A stretch of DNA of 64,000 nt from NCBI GenBank assembly GCA_012295275.1, contig CM022671.1:9734001-9798000 (forward strand). Direction: 5' to 3'. The notes under the pieces are model-generated. The model did no database searches. It saw only the letters and a program-made list of their open reading frames with translations, and was not told where the DNA came from. Of this stretch, positions 1 through 14,729 are shown in pieces. Position numbers and translations under genes: made by a program. Each line of letters opens with the position of its first letter. Within the stretch, counting starts at the first letter, position 1. The stretch is from Chrysomallon squamiferum (Eukaryota > Animalia > Mollusca).

Positions 1-3000
1 ATCTCGTTAGGAAAGCATATAAAATTCTAAGAGTAACAATATTTAATTAATTAAAAATTGCGAGAAAATTTTTATAATAAAAATAAAAATCAGAATATTA
101 ATAAAAAATAAAAAAAGAAATGATAAATTCTGATATTAAAACCCATTCTATCAAACGTCACAAATAATTATTTTATTTAGTGATTTTTTTATTTTACAAC
201 AACAAGCAAAGTAGACAGGATAGAATGAATAAATAAGTAAACAAATAAATAAAGTATCAAACTGTATTGTGGAAAGTGGATATAATTTTTACTTTGCTTA
301 GTGAGTACATCTCACGTAAGGGACCTAAATCTAATATGTTTCGTGAACACATTTCACTAAAGGGAGATAAGTCTAATCGATAGAATTTGTAATTTGCTTT
401 AGTGAGTACATCTCAAGTAGGAGACGTAATTAAAATCTGTGTCAGTGAACACATATCACTAAAGGGAGATAAGTCTAATCGATATAATGTTTAATTTCCT
501 TAGTGAGTACATCTCACGTAAGGGACCTAACTCTAATATGTTTCGTGAACACATTTCACTAAAGGGAGATAAGTCTAATCGATAGAATTTTTAATTTGCT
601 TAGTGAGTACATCTCAAGTAGGTGACCTAATTAAAATCTGTGTCAGTGAACACATATCACTAAAGGGAGATAAGTCTAATCGATATAATTTTTAATTTTC
701 TTTGTAAGTACATCTCAAGTAAGTGACTTGATTATAATCTGTGTTCGTGAACACATATCACTAAAGGGAGATAAGTCTAATCGATATAATGTTTAATTTC
801 CTTAGTGTACATCTCACGTAAGGGACCTAACTCTCAAATGTTTCGTGAACACATTTCACTAAAGGGAGATAAGTCTAATCGATATAATTTTTAATTTGTG
901 TTCGTACATCTCAAGTAACCTAATTAAAATCTGTGTTAGTGAACACATATCACTAAAGGGAGATAAGTCGAATCGATATAATTTTTAATTTTCTTTGTAA
1001 GTACATCTCAAGTAAGTGACCTCATTATAATCTGTGTTCGTGAACACATATCTCTAAAGGGAAATAAGTCTAAACGATAAAAATTTTAATTTGCTTAGTG
1101 AGTACACCTCAACTAATGGGCTTAACACTAATCTGTTTTTCTGAACACATATCACTAAAGGGAGATAAGTCTAAACGATATGATTTTTACTTTCATTAGT
1201 GTGTATATATATATCTATATAAACGATATATTTTATTTCATTATATATATATAAATATCATATATATATATATATATATATATACAAAAAAAACATACAC
1301 AATATATATAGAGAAAACATCTCGTTAGGAAAGCATATAAAATTCTAAGAGAAACAATATTTAATTAATTAAAAATTGTCAGAAAATTTTATAATAAATA
1401 AAATCCAGAATATTAATAAAATAGAAAAGAAATGATAAATTCTGATATTAAAAACCCATTCTATCAAACGTCACAAATAATTATTTTATTTAGTGATTTT
1501 TTTATTTTAACAACAACAAGCAAAGTAGACAGGATAGAATGAATAAATAAGTAAACAAATAAATAAAGTATCAAACTGTATTGCGGAAAGTGGATGTAAT
1601 TTTTAGTTTGCTTAGTGAGTACACATCTCACTCTAACTGTAATATGTGTTGGTAAACACATATCACTAAAGGGAGACTCACTTAAGGGACCTAACTGTAA
1701 TATGTGTTGGTAAACACATATCACTAAAGGGAGAGAAGTCTAATCGATATAATTTTTAATTTGCATAGAGAGTACATCTCAAGTAGGTGACCTAATTAAA
1801 ATCTGTGTGAGCGAACACATATCACTAAAGGGAGATAAATCTAATCGATATAATTTTTACTTTCCTTAGTGAGTACATCTCACGTAAGGGACCTAACTCT
1901 AATATGTGTCGTGAACACATATCACTAAATGGAGATAAGTCTAAACGATATGATTTTTAGTTTCCTTAGTGTGTATATATATATCTATATATATATATAA
2001 TTATATACACAAAAAAACACATACACATATATATAGAGAAACATCTCGTTAGGAAAGCATATGAAATTCTAAGAGAAACAATATTTAATTAGTTAAAAAT
2101 TACCAGAAAAGTTTATAATAAATAAAAATCAGAATATTAATAAAATACAAAAGAAATGATAAATTCTGATATTAAAAACCCATTCTATCAAACGTCACAA
2201 ATAATTATTTTATTTAGTGATATTTTTATTTTAACAACAACAAGCAAAGTAGACAGGATAGAATAAATAAATAAGTAAAGAAATAAATAAAGTATCAAAC
2301 TGCATTGCGGAAAGTGGATATAATTTTTAGTTTGCTTACGGAGTACATCTCACGTAAGGGACCTAACTGTAATATGTGTTGGTGAACACATATCACTAAA
2401 GGGACAGAAGTCTAATCGATATAATTTTTACTTTGCTTAGTGAGTACATCTCAAGTAGTGAGTACATCTCAATCGATATAATTTTTACTTTCCTTAGTGA
2501 GTAATCTCACGTAAGGGACCTAAATCTAATATGTTTCGTGAACACATTTCACTAAAGGGAGATAAGTCTAATCGATAGAATTTGTAATTTGCTTATTGAG
2601 TACATCTCAAGTAGGAGACCTAATTAAAATCTGTGTCAGTGAACACATATCACTAAAGGGAGATAAGTCTAATCGATATAATTTTTAATTTTCTTTGTGA
2701 GTACATCTCAAGTAAGTGACTTGATTATAATCTGTGTTCGTGAACACATATCACTAAAGGGAGATAAGTCTAATCGATATAATGTTTAATTTCCTTAGTG
2801 AGTACATCTCACGTAAGGGACCTAACTCTCAAATGTTTCGTGAACACATTTCACTAAAGGGAGATAAGTCTAATCGATAGAATTTTTAATTTGCTTAGTG
2901 AGTACATCTCAAGTAGGTGACCTAATTAAAATCTGTGTTAGTGAACACATATCACTAAAGGGAGATAAGTCGAATCGATAGAATTTTTAATTTTCTTTGT

Positions 3001-6000
3001 AAGTACATCTCAAGTAAGTGACTTCATTATAATCTGTGTTCGTGAACACATATCTCTAAAGGGAAATAAGTCTAAACGATAAAAATTTTAATTTGCTTAG
3101 TGAGTACACCTCAAGTAAGTGACCTAATTATAATCTGTGTTCGTGAACACATATCACTAAAGGGAGATAAGTCTAATCGATATAATTTTTACTTTCCTTA
3201 GTGAGTACATCTCAACTAATGGGCTTAACACTAATCTGTTTTTCTGAACACATATCACTAAAGGGAGATAAGTCTAAACGATATGATTTTTAGTTTCCTT
3301 AGTGTGTATATATATATCTATATATATATATATATATATTATATACACAAAAAAACACATACACATATATACAGAGAAACATCTCGTTAGGAAAGCATAT
3401 AAAATTCTATGAGAAACAATATTTAATTAATTAAAAATTGCCAGAAAATTTTATAATAAATAAAATCCAGAATATTAATAAAATAGAAAAGAAATGATAA
3501 ATTCTGATATTAAAAACCCATTCTATCAAACGTCACAAATAATTATTTTATTTAGTGATTTTTTTATTTTAACAACAACAAGCAAAGTAGACAGGATAGA
3601 CTGAATAAATAAGTAAACAAATAAATAAAGTATCAAACTGTATTGCGGAAAGTGGATGTAATTTTTAGTTTGCTTAGTGAGTACATCTCACTTAAGGGAC
3701 CTAACTGTAATATGTGTTGGTAAACACATATCACTAAAGGGAGAGAAGTCTAATCGATATAATTTTTAATTTGCATAGAGAGTACATCTCAAGTAGGTGA
3801 CCTAAATCTAATATGTTTCGTGAACACATTTCACTAAAGGGAGATAAGTCTAATCGATAGAATTTGTAATTTGCTTATTGAGTACATCTCAAGTAGGAGA
3901 CCTAATTAAAATCTGTGTCAGTGAACACATATCACTAAAGGGAGATAAGTCTAATCGATATAATGTTTAATTTCCTTAGTGAGTACATCTCACGTAAGGG
4001 ACCTAACTCTAATATGTTTCGTGAACACATTTCACCAAAGGGAGATAAGTCTAATCGATAGAATTTGTAATTTGCTTAGTGAGTACATCTCAAGTAGGTG
4101 ACCTAATTAAAATCTGTGTCAGTGAACACATGTCACGAAAGGGAGATAAGTCTAATCGATATAATTTTTTCTTTGCTTAGTGAGTACATCTCACGTAAGG
4201 GACCTAACTCTAATAGGTTTCCTGAACACTTATCACTAAAGGGAGATAAGTCTAATCGATATAATTTTTAATTTTCTTTGTGAGTACATCTCAAGTAAGA
4301 TATAATTTTTAATTTCCTTAGTGGGTACATTTCAAGGAAGTGACCTAATTATAATATGTGATCGTGAACACATATCACTAAAGGGAGATAAGTCTAATCG
4401 ATATAATTTTTACTTTCCTTAGTGAGTACATCTCAAGTAATGGGCTTAACACTAATCTGTTTTTCTGAACACATATCACTAAAGGAAGATAAGTCTAAAC
4501 GATATGATTTTTAGTTTCCTTAGTGTGTATGTATATATCTCGTTAGGAAAGCATATAAAATTCTAAGAGTAACAATATTTAATTAATTAAAAATTGCGAG
4601 AAAATTTTATAATAAATAAAAATCAGAATATTAATAAAATACAAAAGAAATGATAAATTCTGATATTAAAAACCCATTCTATCAAACGTCACAAAATAAT
4701 TATTTTATTTAGTGATTTTTTTATTTTAACAACAACAAGCAAAGTAGACAGGATAGAATGAATAAATAAGTAAACAAATAAATAAAGTATCAAACTGTAT
4801 TGTGGAAAGTGGATATAATTTTTACTTTGCTTAGTGAGTACATCTCACGTAAGGGACCTAAATCTAATATGTTTCGTGAACACATTTCACTAAAGGGAGA
4901 TAAGTCTAATCGATAGAATTTGTAATTTGCTTAGTGAGTACATCTCAAGTAGGAGACGTAATTAAAATCTGTGTCAGTGAACACATATCACTAAAGGGAG
5001 ATAAGTCTAATCGATATAATGTTTAATTTCCTTAGTGAGTACATCTCACGTAAGGGACCTAACTCTAATATGTTTCGTGAACACATTTCACTAAAGGGAG
5101 ATAAGTCTAATCGATAGAATTTTTAATTTGCTTAGTGAGTACATCTCAAGTAGGTGACCTAATTAAAATCTGTGTCAGTGAACACATATCACTAAAGGGA
5201 GATAAGTCTAATCGATATAATTTTTAATTTTCTTTGTAAGTACATCTCAAGTAAGTGACTTGATTATAATCTGTGTTCGTGAACACATATCACTAAAGGG
5301 AGATAAGTCTAATCGATATAATGTTTAATTTCCTTAGTGAGTACATCTCACGTAAGGGACCTAACTCTCAAATGTTTCGTGAACACATTTCACTAAAGGG
5401 AGATAAGTCTAATCGATAGAATTTTTAATTTGCTTAGTGAGTACATCTCAAGTAGGTGACCTAATTAAAATCTGTGTTAGTGAACACATATCACTAAAGG
5501 GGGATAAGTCGAATCGATATAATTTTTAATTTTCTTTGTAAGTACATCTCAAGTAAGTGACTTCATTATAATCTGTGTTCGTGAACACATATCTCTAAAG
5601 GGAAATAAGTCTAAACGATAAAAATTTTAATTTGCTTAGTGAGTACACCTCAAGTAAGTGACCTAATTATAATCTGTGTTCGTGAACACATATCACTAAA
5701 GGGAGATAAGTCTAATCGATATAATTTTTACTTTCCTTAGTGAGTACATCTCAACTAATGGGCTTAACACTAATCTGTTTTTCTGAACACATATCACTAA
5801 AGGGAGATAAGTCTAAACGATATGATTTTTACTTTCATTAGTGTGTATATATATATCTATATATATATATATAATTATATACACAAAAAAACACATACAC
5901 ATATATACAGAGAAACATCTCGTTAGGAAAGCATATAAAATTCTAAGAGAAACAATATTTAATTAATTAAAAATTGTCAGAAAATTTTATAATAAATAAA

Positions 6001-8344
6001 ATCCAGAATATTAATAAAATAGAAAAGAAATGATAAATTCTGATATTAAAAACCCATTCTATCAAACGTCACAAATAATTATTTTATTTAGTGATTTTTT
6101 TATTTTAACAACAACAAGCAAAGTAGACAGGATAGAATGAATAAATAAGTAAACAAATAAATAAAGTATCAAACTGTATTGCGGAAAGTGGATGTAATTT
6201 TTAGTTTGCTTAGTGAGTACATCTCACTTAAGGGACCTAACTGTAATATGTGTTGGTAAACACATATCACTAAAGGGAGAGAAGTCTAATCGATATAATT
6301 TTTAATTTGCATAGAGAGTACATCTCAAGTAGGTGACCTAATTAAAATCTGTGTGAGCGAACACATATCACTAAAGGGAGATAAGTCTAATCGATATAAT
6401 TTTTACTTTCCTTAGTGAGTACATCTCACGTAAGGGACCTAACTCTAATATGTGTCGTGAACACATATCACTAAATGGAGATAAGTCTAAACGATATGAT
6501 TTTTAGTTTCCTTAGTGTGTATATATATATCTATATATATATATAATTATATACACAAAAAAACACATACACATATATATAGAGAAACATCTCGTTAGGA
6601 AAGCATATGAAATTCTAAGAGAAACAATATTTAATTAGTTAAAAATTACCAGAAAATTTTATAATAAATAAAAATCAGAATATTAATAAAATACAAAAAA
6701 AGAAATGATAAATTCTGATATTAAAAACCCATTCTATCAAACGTCACAAATAATTATTTTATTTAGTGATATTTTTATTTTAACAACAACAAGCAAAGTA
6801 GACAGGATAGAATAAATAAATAAGTAAAGAAATAAATAAAGTATCAAACTGCATTGCGGAAAGTGGATATAATTTTTACTTTGCTTACGGAGTACATCTC
6901 ACGTAAGGGACCTAAATGTAATATGTTTCGTGAACACATTTCACTAAAGGGAGATAAGTCTAATCGATAGAATTTTTAATTTGCTTATTGAGTACATCTC
7001 AAGTAGGAGACCTAATTAAAATCTGTGTCAGTGAACACATATCACTAAAGGGAGATAAGTCTAATCGATATAATGTTTAATTTCCTTAGTGAGTACATCT
7101 CACGTAAGGGACCTAACTCTAATATGTTTCGTGAACACATTTCACTAAAGGGAGATAAGTCTAATCGATAGAATTTTTAATTTGCTTTAGTGAGTACATC
7201 TCAAGTAGGTGACCTAATTAAAATCTGTGTCAGTGAACACATATCACTAAAGGGAGATAAGTCTAATCGATATAATTTTTAATTTGCTTAGTGAGTACAT
7301 CTCAAGTAAGGGACCTAACTATAATCTGTGTTCGTGAACACATATCACTAAAGGGAGATAAGTCTAATCGATATAATTTTTAATTTTCTTTGTGAGTACA
7401 TCTCAAGTTATAATTTTAATTTCCTTAGTGGGTACATTTCAAGGAAGTGACCTAATTATAATATGTGGTGAACACATATCACTAAAGGGAGATAAGTCTA
7501 ATCGATATAATTTTTTAATTTCCTTAGTGAGTACATCTCAAGTAATGGACCTTAACACAATTTGTTTTTCAACACATATCAAAAGGGAGATAAGTCTAAA
7601 CGATATGATTTTTAATTTGCTTAGTGTTTAGTACATCTCAAGTAGGAAAGCAATATAAAACACATATCACTAAAGGGAGAACAATATTTAATTAATTAAA
7701 AATTGCGAGAAAATTTTATAATAAATAAAAATCAGAATATAAAATAAAATAAATGTTAAATTCTGTGTTAAAACCCATTCTATCAAACGTCACAAATAAT
7801 TTTATTTTATTTAGTGATTTTTTATTTTAACAAGAACAAGCAAACACATCTAATCGATAAAATTTTTAAATTTTTCGTAACACATTTCACTAAAGGGATA
7901 TAATTTTTTTTTAATTTGCTTAGTGAGTACATCTCACGTAAGGGACCCTAATTAAAATCTGTGTTCGTGAACACATATCACTAAAGGGAGATAAGTCTAA
8001 TCGATAGAATTTTTAATTTTCTTTGTGAGTACATCTCAAGTAAGTGACTTCATTATAATCTGTGTTCGTGAACACATATCACTAAAGGGAAATAAGTCTA
8101 AACGATAAAAATTTTAATTTGCTTAGTGAGTACATCTCAAGTAAGTGACCTAATTATAATCTGTGTTCGTGAACACATATCACTAAAGGGAGATAAGTCT
8201 AATCGATATAATTTTTACTTTCCTTAGTGAGTACATCTCAACTAATGGGCTTAACACTAATCTGTTTTTCTGAACACATATCACTAAAGGGAGATAAGTC
8301 TAAACGATATGATTTTTAGTTTCATTAGTGTGTATATATATATC

Positions 8345-8375
<31 letters not shown>

Positions 8376-10429
8376 AAAACACATACACATATATATACAG
8401 AAAACATCTCGTTAGGAAAGCATATAAAATTCTAAGAGAAACAATATTTAATTAATTAAAAATTGTCAGAAAATTTTATAATAAATAAAAAAATCCAGAA
8501 TATTAATAAAATAGAAAAAAGAAATGATAAATTCTGATATTAAAAACCCATTCTATCAAACGTCACAAATAATTATTTTATTTAGTGATTTTTTTATTTT
8601 AACAACAACAAGCAAAGTAGACAGGATAGAATGAATAAATAAGTAAACAAATAAATAAAGTATCAAACTGTATTGCGGAAAGTGGATATAATTTTTTAGT
8701 TTGTTTACGGAGTACATCTCACGTAAGGGACCTAACTGTAATATGTGAGTACATCTCACTTAAGGGACCTAACTGTAATATGTGTTGGTAAACACATATC
8801 ACTAAAGGGAGAGAAGTCTAATCGATATAATTTTAATCGATATAATTTTATTTTTGTAATTTGCATAGAGAGTACATCTCAAGTAGGACCCTAATTAAAA
8901 TCTGTGTCAGTGAACACATATCACTAAAGGGAGATAAGTCTAATCGATATAATGTTTAATTTCCTTAGTGAGTACATCTCACGTAAGGGACCTAAATCTA
9001 ATATGTTTCGTGAACACATTTCACTAAAGGGAGATAAGTCTAATCGATAGAATTTGTAATTTGCTTATTGAGTACATCTCAAGTAGGAGACCTAATTAAA
9101 ATCTGTGTCAGTGAACACATATCACTAAAGGGAGATAAGTCTAATCGATATAATGTTTAATTTCCTTAGTGAGTACATCTCACGTAAGGGACCTAACTCT
9201 AATATGTTTCGTGAACACATTTCACCAAAGGGAGATAAGTCTAATCGATAGAATTTGTAATTTGCTTAGTGAGTACATCTCAAGTAGGTGACCTAATTAA
9301 AATCTGTGTCAGTGAACACATGTCACGAAAGGGAGATAAGTCTAATCGATATAATTTTTTCTTTGCTTAGTGAGTACATCTCACGTAAGGGACCTAACTC
9401 TAATAGGTTTCCTGAACACTTATCACTAAAGGGAGATAAGTCTAATCGATATAATTTTTAATTTTCTTTGTGAGTACATCTCAAGTAAGATATAATTTTT
9501 AATTTCCTTAGTGGGTACATTTCAAGGAAGTGACCTAATTATAATATGTGATCGTGAACACATATCACTAAAGGGAGATAAGTCTAATCGATATAATTTT
9601 TACTTTCCTTAGTGAGTACATCTCAAGTAATGGGCTTAACACTAATCTGTTTTTCTGAACACATATCACTAAAGGAAGATAAGTCTAAACGATATGATTT
9701 TTAGTTTCCTTAGTGTGTATGTATATATCTCGTTAGGAAAGCATATAAAATTCTAAGAGGAACAATATTTAATTAATTAAAAATTGCGAGAAAATTTTAT
9801 AATAAATAAAAATCAGAATATTAATAAAATACAAAAGAAATGATAAATTCTGATATTAAAAACCCATTCTATCAAACGTCACAAATAATTATTTTATTTA
9901 GTGATTTTTTTTTTTTAACAACAACAAAAAGTAGACAGGATAGAATGAATAAATAAGTAAACAAATAAATAAAGTATCAAACTGTATTGTGGAAAGTGGA
10001 TATAATTTTTACTTTGCTTAGTGAGTACATCTCACGTAAGGGACCTAAATCTAATATGTTTCGTGAACACATTTCACTAAAGGGAGATAAGTCTAATCGA
10101 TAGAATTTGTAATTTGCTTAGTGAGTACATCTCAAGTAGGAGACGCAATTAAAATCTGTGTCAGTGAACACATATCACTAAAGGGAGATAAGTCTAATCG
10201 ATATAATGTTTAATTTCCTTAGTGAGTACATCTCACGTAAGGGACCTAACTCTAATATGTTTTTTTAATTTTCAACACATTTCACTAAAGGGAGATAAGT
10301 CTAATCGATAGAATTTTTAATTTGCTTAGTGAGTACATCTCAAGTAGGTGACCTAATTAAAATCTGTGTCAGAGAACACATATCACTAAAGGGAGATAAG
10401 TCTAAACGATATGATTTTTACTTTCATTA

Positions 10430-10466
<37 letters not shown>

Positions 10467-12775
10467 TATACACAAAAAAACACATACACATATATACAGA
10501 GAAACATCTCGTTAGGAAAGCATATAAAATTCTAAGAGAAACAATATTTAATTAATTAAAAATTGTCAGAAAATTTTATAATAAATAAAATCCAGAATAT
10601 TAATAAAATAGAAAAGAAATGATAAATTCTGATATTAAAAACCCATTCTATCAAACGTCACAAATAATTATTTTATTTAGTGATTTTTTTATTTTAACAA
10701 CAACAAGCAAAGTAGACAGGATAGAATGAATAAATAAGTAAACAAATAAATAAAGTATCAAACTGTATTGCGGAAAGTGGATGTAATTTTTAGTTTGCTT
10801 AGTGAGTACATCTCACTTAAGGGACCTAACTGTAATATGTGTTGGTAAACACATATCACTAAAGGGAGAGAAGTCTAATCGATATAATTTTTAATTTGCA
10901 TAGAGAGTACATCTCAAGTAGGTGACCTAATTAAAATCTGTGTGAGCGAACACATATCACTAAAGGGAGATAAGTCTAATCGATATAATTTTTACTTTCC
11001 TTAGTGAGTACATCTCACGTAAGGGACCTAACTCTAATATGTGTCGTGAACACATATCACTAAATGGAGATAAGTCTAAACGATATGATTTTTAGTTTCC
11101 TTAGTGTGTATATATATATCTATATATATATATATAATTATATACACAAAAAAACACATACACATATATATAGAGAAACATCTCGTTAGGAAAGCATATA
11201 AAATTCTAAGAGAAACAATATTTAATTAGTTAAAAATTACCAGAAAATTTTATAATAAATAAAAATCAGAATATTAATAAAATACAAAAGAAATGATAAA
11301 TTCTGATATTAAAAACCCATTCTATCAAACGTCACAAATAATTATTTTATTTAGTGATATTTTTATTTTAACAACAACAAGCAAAGTAGACAGGATAGAA
11401 TAAATAAATAAGTAAAGAAATAAATAAAGTATCAAACTGCATTGCGGAAAGTGGATATAATTTTTAGTTTGCTTACGGAGTACATCTCACGTAAGGGACC
11501 TAACTGTAATATGTGTTGGTGAACACATATCACTAAAGGGACAGAAGTCTAATCGATATAATTTTTACTTTGCTTAGTGAGTACATCTCACGTAAGGGAC
11601 CTAAATCTAATATGTTTCGTGAACACATTTCACTAAAGGGAGATAAGTCTAATCGATAGAATTTGTAATTTGCTTATTGAGTACATCTCAAGTAGGAGAC
11701 CTAATTAAAATCTGTGTCAGTGAACACATATCACTAAAGGGAGATAAGTCTAATCGATATAATGTTTAATTTCCTTAGTGAGTACATCTCACGTAAGGGA
11801 CCTAACTCTAATAGGTTTCGTGAACACTTATCACTAAAGGGAGATAAGTCTAATCGATATAATTTTTAATTTTCTTTGTGAGTACATCTCAAGTAAGATA
11901 TAATTTTTAATTTCCTTAGTGGGTACATTTCAAGGAAGTGACCTAATTATAATATGTGATCGTGAACACATATCACTAAAGGGAGATAAGTCTAATCGAT
12001 ATAATTTTTACTTTCCTTAGTGAGTACATCTCAAGTAATGGGCTTAACACTAATCTGTTTTTCTGAACACATATCACTAAAGGAAGATAAGTCTAAACGA
12101 TATGATTTTTAGTTTCCTTAGTGTGTATGTATATATCTCGTTAGGAAAGCATATAAAATTCCAAGAGTAACAATATTTAATTAATTAAAAATTGCGAGAA
12201 AATTTTATAATAAATAAAAATCAGAATATTAATAAAATACAAAAGAAATGATAAATTCTGATATTAAAAACCCATTCTATCAAACGTCACAAATAATTAT
12301 TTTATTTAGTGATTTTTTTATTTTAACAACAACAAGCAAAGTAGACAGGATAGAATGAATAAATAAGTAAACAAATAAATAAAGTATCAAACTGTATTGT
12401 GGAAAGTGGATATAATTTTTACTTTGCTTAGTGAGTACATCTCACGTAAGGGACCTAAATCTAATATGTTTCGTGAACACATTTCACTAAAGGGAGATAA
12501 GTCTAATCGATAGAATTTGTAATTTGCTTAGTGAGTACATCTCAAGTAGGAGACGTAATTAAAATCTGTGTCAGTGAACACATATCACTAAAGGGAGATA
12601 AGTCTAATCGATATAATGTTTAATTTCCTTAGTGAGTACATCTCACGTAAGGGACCTAACTCTAATATGTTTCGTGAACACATTTCACTAAAGGGAGATA
12701 AGTCTAATCGATAGAATTTTTAATTTGCTTAGTGAGTACATCTCAAGTAGGTGACCTAATTAAAATCTGTGTGAG
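1..12775 (+). repeat. Higher-order tandem array (family I): ~300-bp AT-rich leader followed by roughly 3-11 copies of a ~100-101 bp monomer
   Basis: Leader starting ATCTCGTTAGGAAAGCATAT recurs at 1, 1319, 2043, 3381, 4537, 5917, 6589, (degenerate ~7640-7700), 8406, 9727, 10506, 11180, 12135. Monomer GTGAGTACATCTCA...GTGAACACATWTCACTAAAGGGAGATAAGTCTAATCGATA... with starts e.g. 503 and 603 (100 bp). The array runs off the left edge of the window. Confidence 0.97.
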
Positions 12776-12777
12776 GG

Positions 12778-14140
12778 TTATCTGTATCTCTATCGCCTGT
12801 CTTCATCACTATCTTTATCTCTATCACCTTTCTTCGTCACTACCTTTATCTCTATCACTGTCTTCATCACTACCTTTATCTCTATCACCTGTCTTCATCA
12901 CTATCTTTATCTCTATCACCTGTCTTCATCACTACCTTTATCTCTATCACCTGTCTTCATCACTATCTTTATCTCTATCACCTGTCTTCATCACTACCTT
13001 TATCTCTATCACCTGTCTTCATCACTACCTTTATCTCTATCACCTGTCTTCATCACTATCTTTATCTCTATCACCTGTCTTCATCACTACCTTTATCTCT
13101 ATGACCTGTCTTCATCACTATCTTTATCTCTATGACCTGTCTTCATCACTACCTTTATCTCTATCACCTGTCTTCATCACTACCTTTATCTCTATCACCT
13201 GTCTTCATCACTATCTTTATCCCTATCACCTGTCTTCATCACTATCTTTATCTCTATCACCTGTCTTCATCACTATCTTTATCTCTATCGCCTGTCTTCA
13301 TCACTATCTTTATCGTCTGTCTTCATCACTATCGCCTGTCTTCATCACTATCTTTATCTCTATCACCCGTCTTCATCACTATCTTTATCTCTATCACCTG
13401 TCTTCATCACTATCTTTATCTCTATCGCCTGTCTTCATCACTATCTTTATCTCTATCACCTGTCTTCATCACTATCTTTATCTCTATCGCCTGTCTTCAT
13501 CACTATCGCCTGTCTTCATCACTATCTTTATCTCTATCACCTGTCTTCATCACTATCTTTATCTCTATCAGCTGTCTTCATCACTATCTGTATCTCTATC
13601 GCCTGTCTTCATCACTATCTTTATCACCTGTCTTCATCACTATCGCCTGTCTTCATCACTATCTTTATCTCTATCACCTGTCTTCATCACTATCTTTATC
13701 TCTATCACCTGTCTTCATCACTATCTTTATCTCTATCACCTGTCTTCATCACTATCTGTATCTCTATCGCCTGTCTTCATCACTATCTTTATCTCTATCA
13801 CTATCTTTATCTCTATCACCTGTCTTCATCATTACCTTTATCTCTATCACCTGTCTTCATCACTATCTTTATCTCTATCACCTGTCTTCATCATTACCTT
13901 TATCTCTGTCACCTGTCTTCATCATTACCTTTATCTCTAACGCCTGTCTTCGTCACTATCTTTATCTCTATCACTGTCTTCATCACTATCTTTATCTCTG
14001 AACTGTCTGTTTCATTACCTTTCTCTATCACTTTTCTGTCTCTCTACCTAAATCTCTATGTCTTCTCACTGACTACCTATATCTCTGTCACTTGCCTATC
14101 TCTCTGTCTTTATCACTGTAACTTGCTATCTCTCAACCTT
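12778..14140. repeat. 31-bp CT-rich minisatellite (CTATCACCTGTCTTCATCACTATCTTTATCT)n, degenerating after ~13990
   Basis: Directly visible. ORFs 12732-13940 and 13132-14001 show a 31-aa periodicity (3 x 31 nt). Confidence 0.96.
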
Positions 14141-14729
14141 TATGTCTAACCCATGATAATAATAATAATAAATTAGTGCATCTACAAACAAAAAGGACCA
14201 ACTATATCACTGTTACTAATTATAGAAATTTTCCTAGCCACTTTAAGAATGGTGCCTCACCATGCTTTGAATGGATCACACCATGCTGCACCAATTGGTA
14301 CCAATTAAAAAGATTCCTTGACTTGCAATTGCTTTTAAAAAATTGTTATAATTAAATTTCTCTGATTAAAACCTTGAATAACAAAGATATGCTACTTCCT
14401 TTAAATTAGAACGAAAAAACTAACTATTTTATTTTAAGGATAACATATATGTATGTGTGGATCATGACAATGGGTGACCAATTTAAAAACAGTATGTTTT
14501 CTAATATTTAATTACTGTACAGGCTTTCATACAATACACTGAAATAGACTGACATACTTTGATAGTGTTACATTCTCATAATATTAATTCTCACCCCAAG
14601 AAATTATAATAACAATTAAAAATCAATACAACCATGTTATTTATATGCAGTATAGAGAATTGTCATAACTGTGACATGCGAACATCCAAAGGTGTAATTT
14701 GAAAATAATATTTTTACCAACAGTTTCAA

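Noticed and set aside
7540-7950. Scrambled hybrid monomers (also ~8740-8870, 49130-49170, 53100-53460, 54640-54750)
   Set aside because: The patchwork of leader and monomer pieces looks like consensus/polishing error in collapsed repeats; it cannot be treated as biology without reads.
1-12775. CRISPR-like appearance (AT-rich leader + palindromic repeats with variable intervals)
   Set aside because: The variable intervals are homologous to each other and recur in every cassette, so they are not unique spacers. No cas genes, and the context is eukaryotic.
12732-14001. 402-aa and 289-aa ORFs
   Set aside because: By-products of a stop-free 31-bp minisatellite; the same peptide cycles through all three frames.
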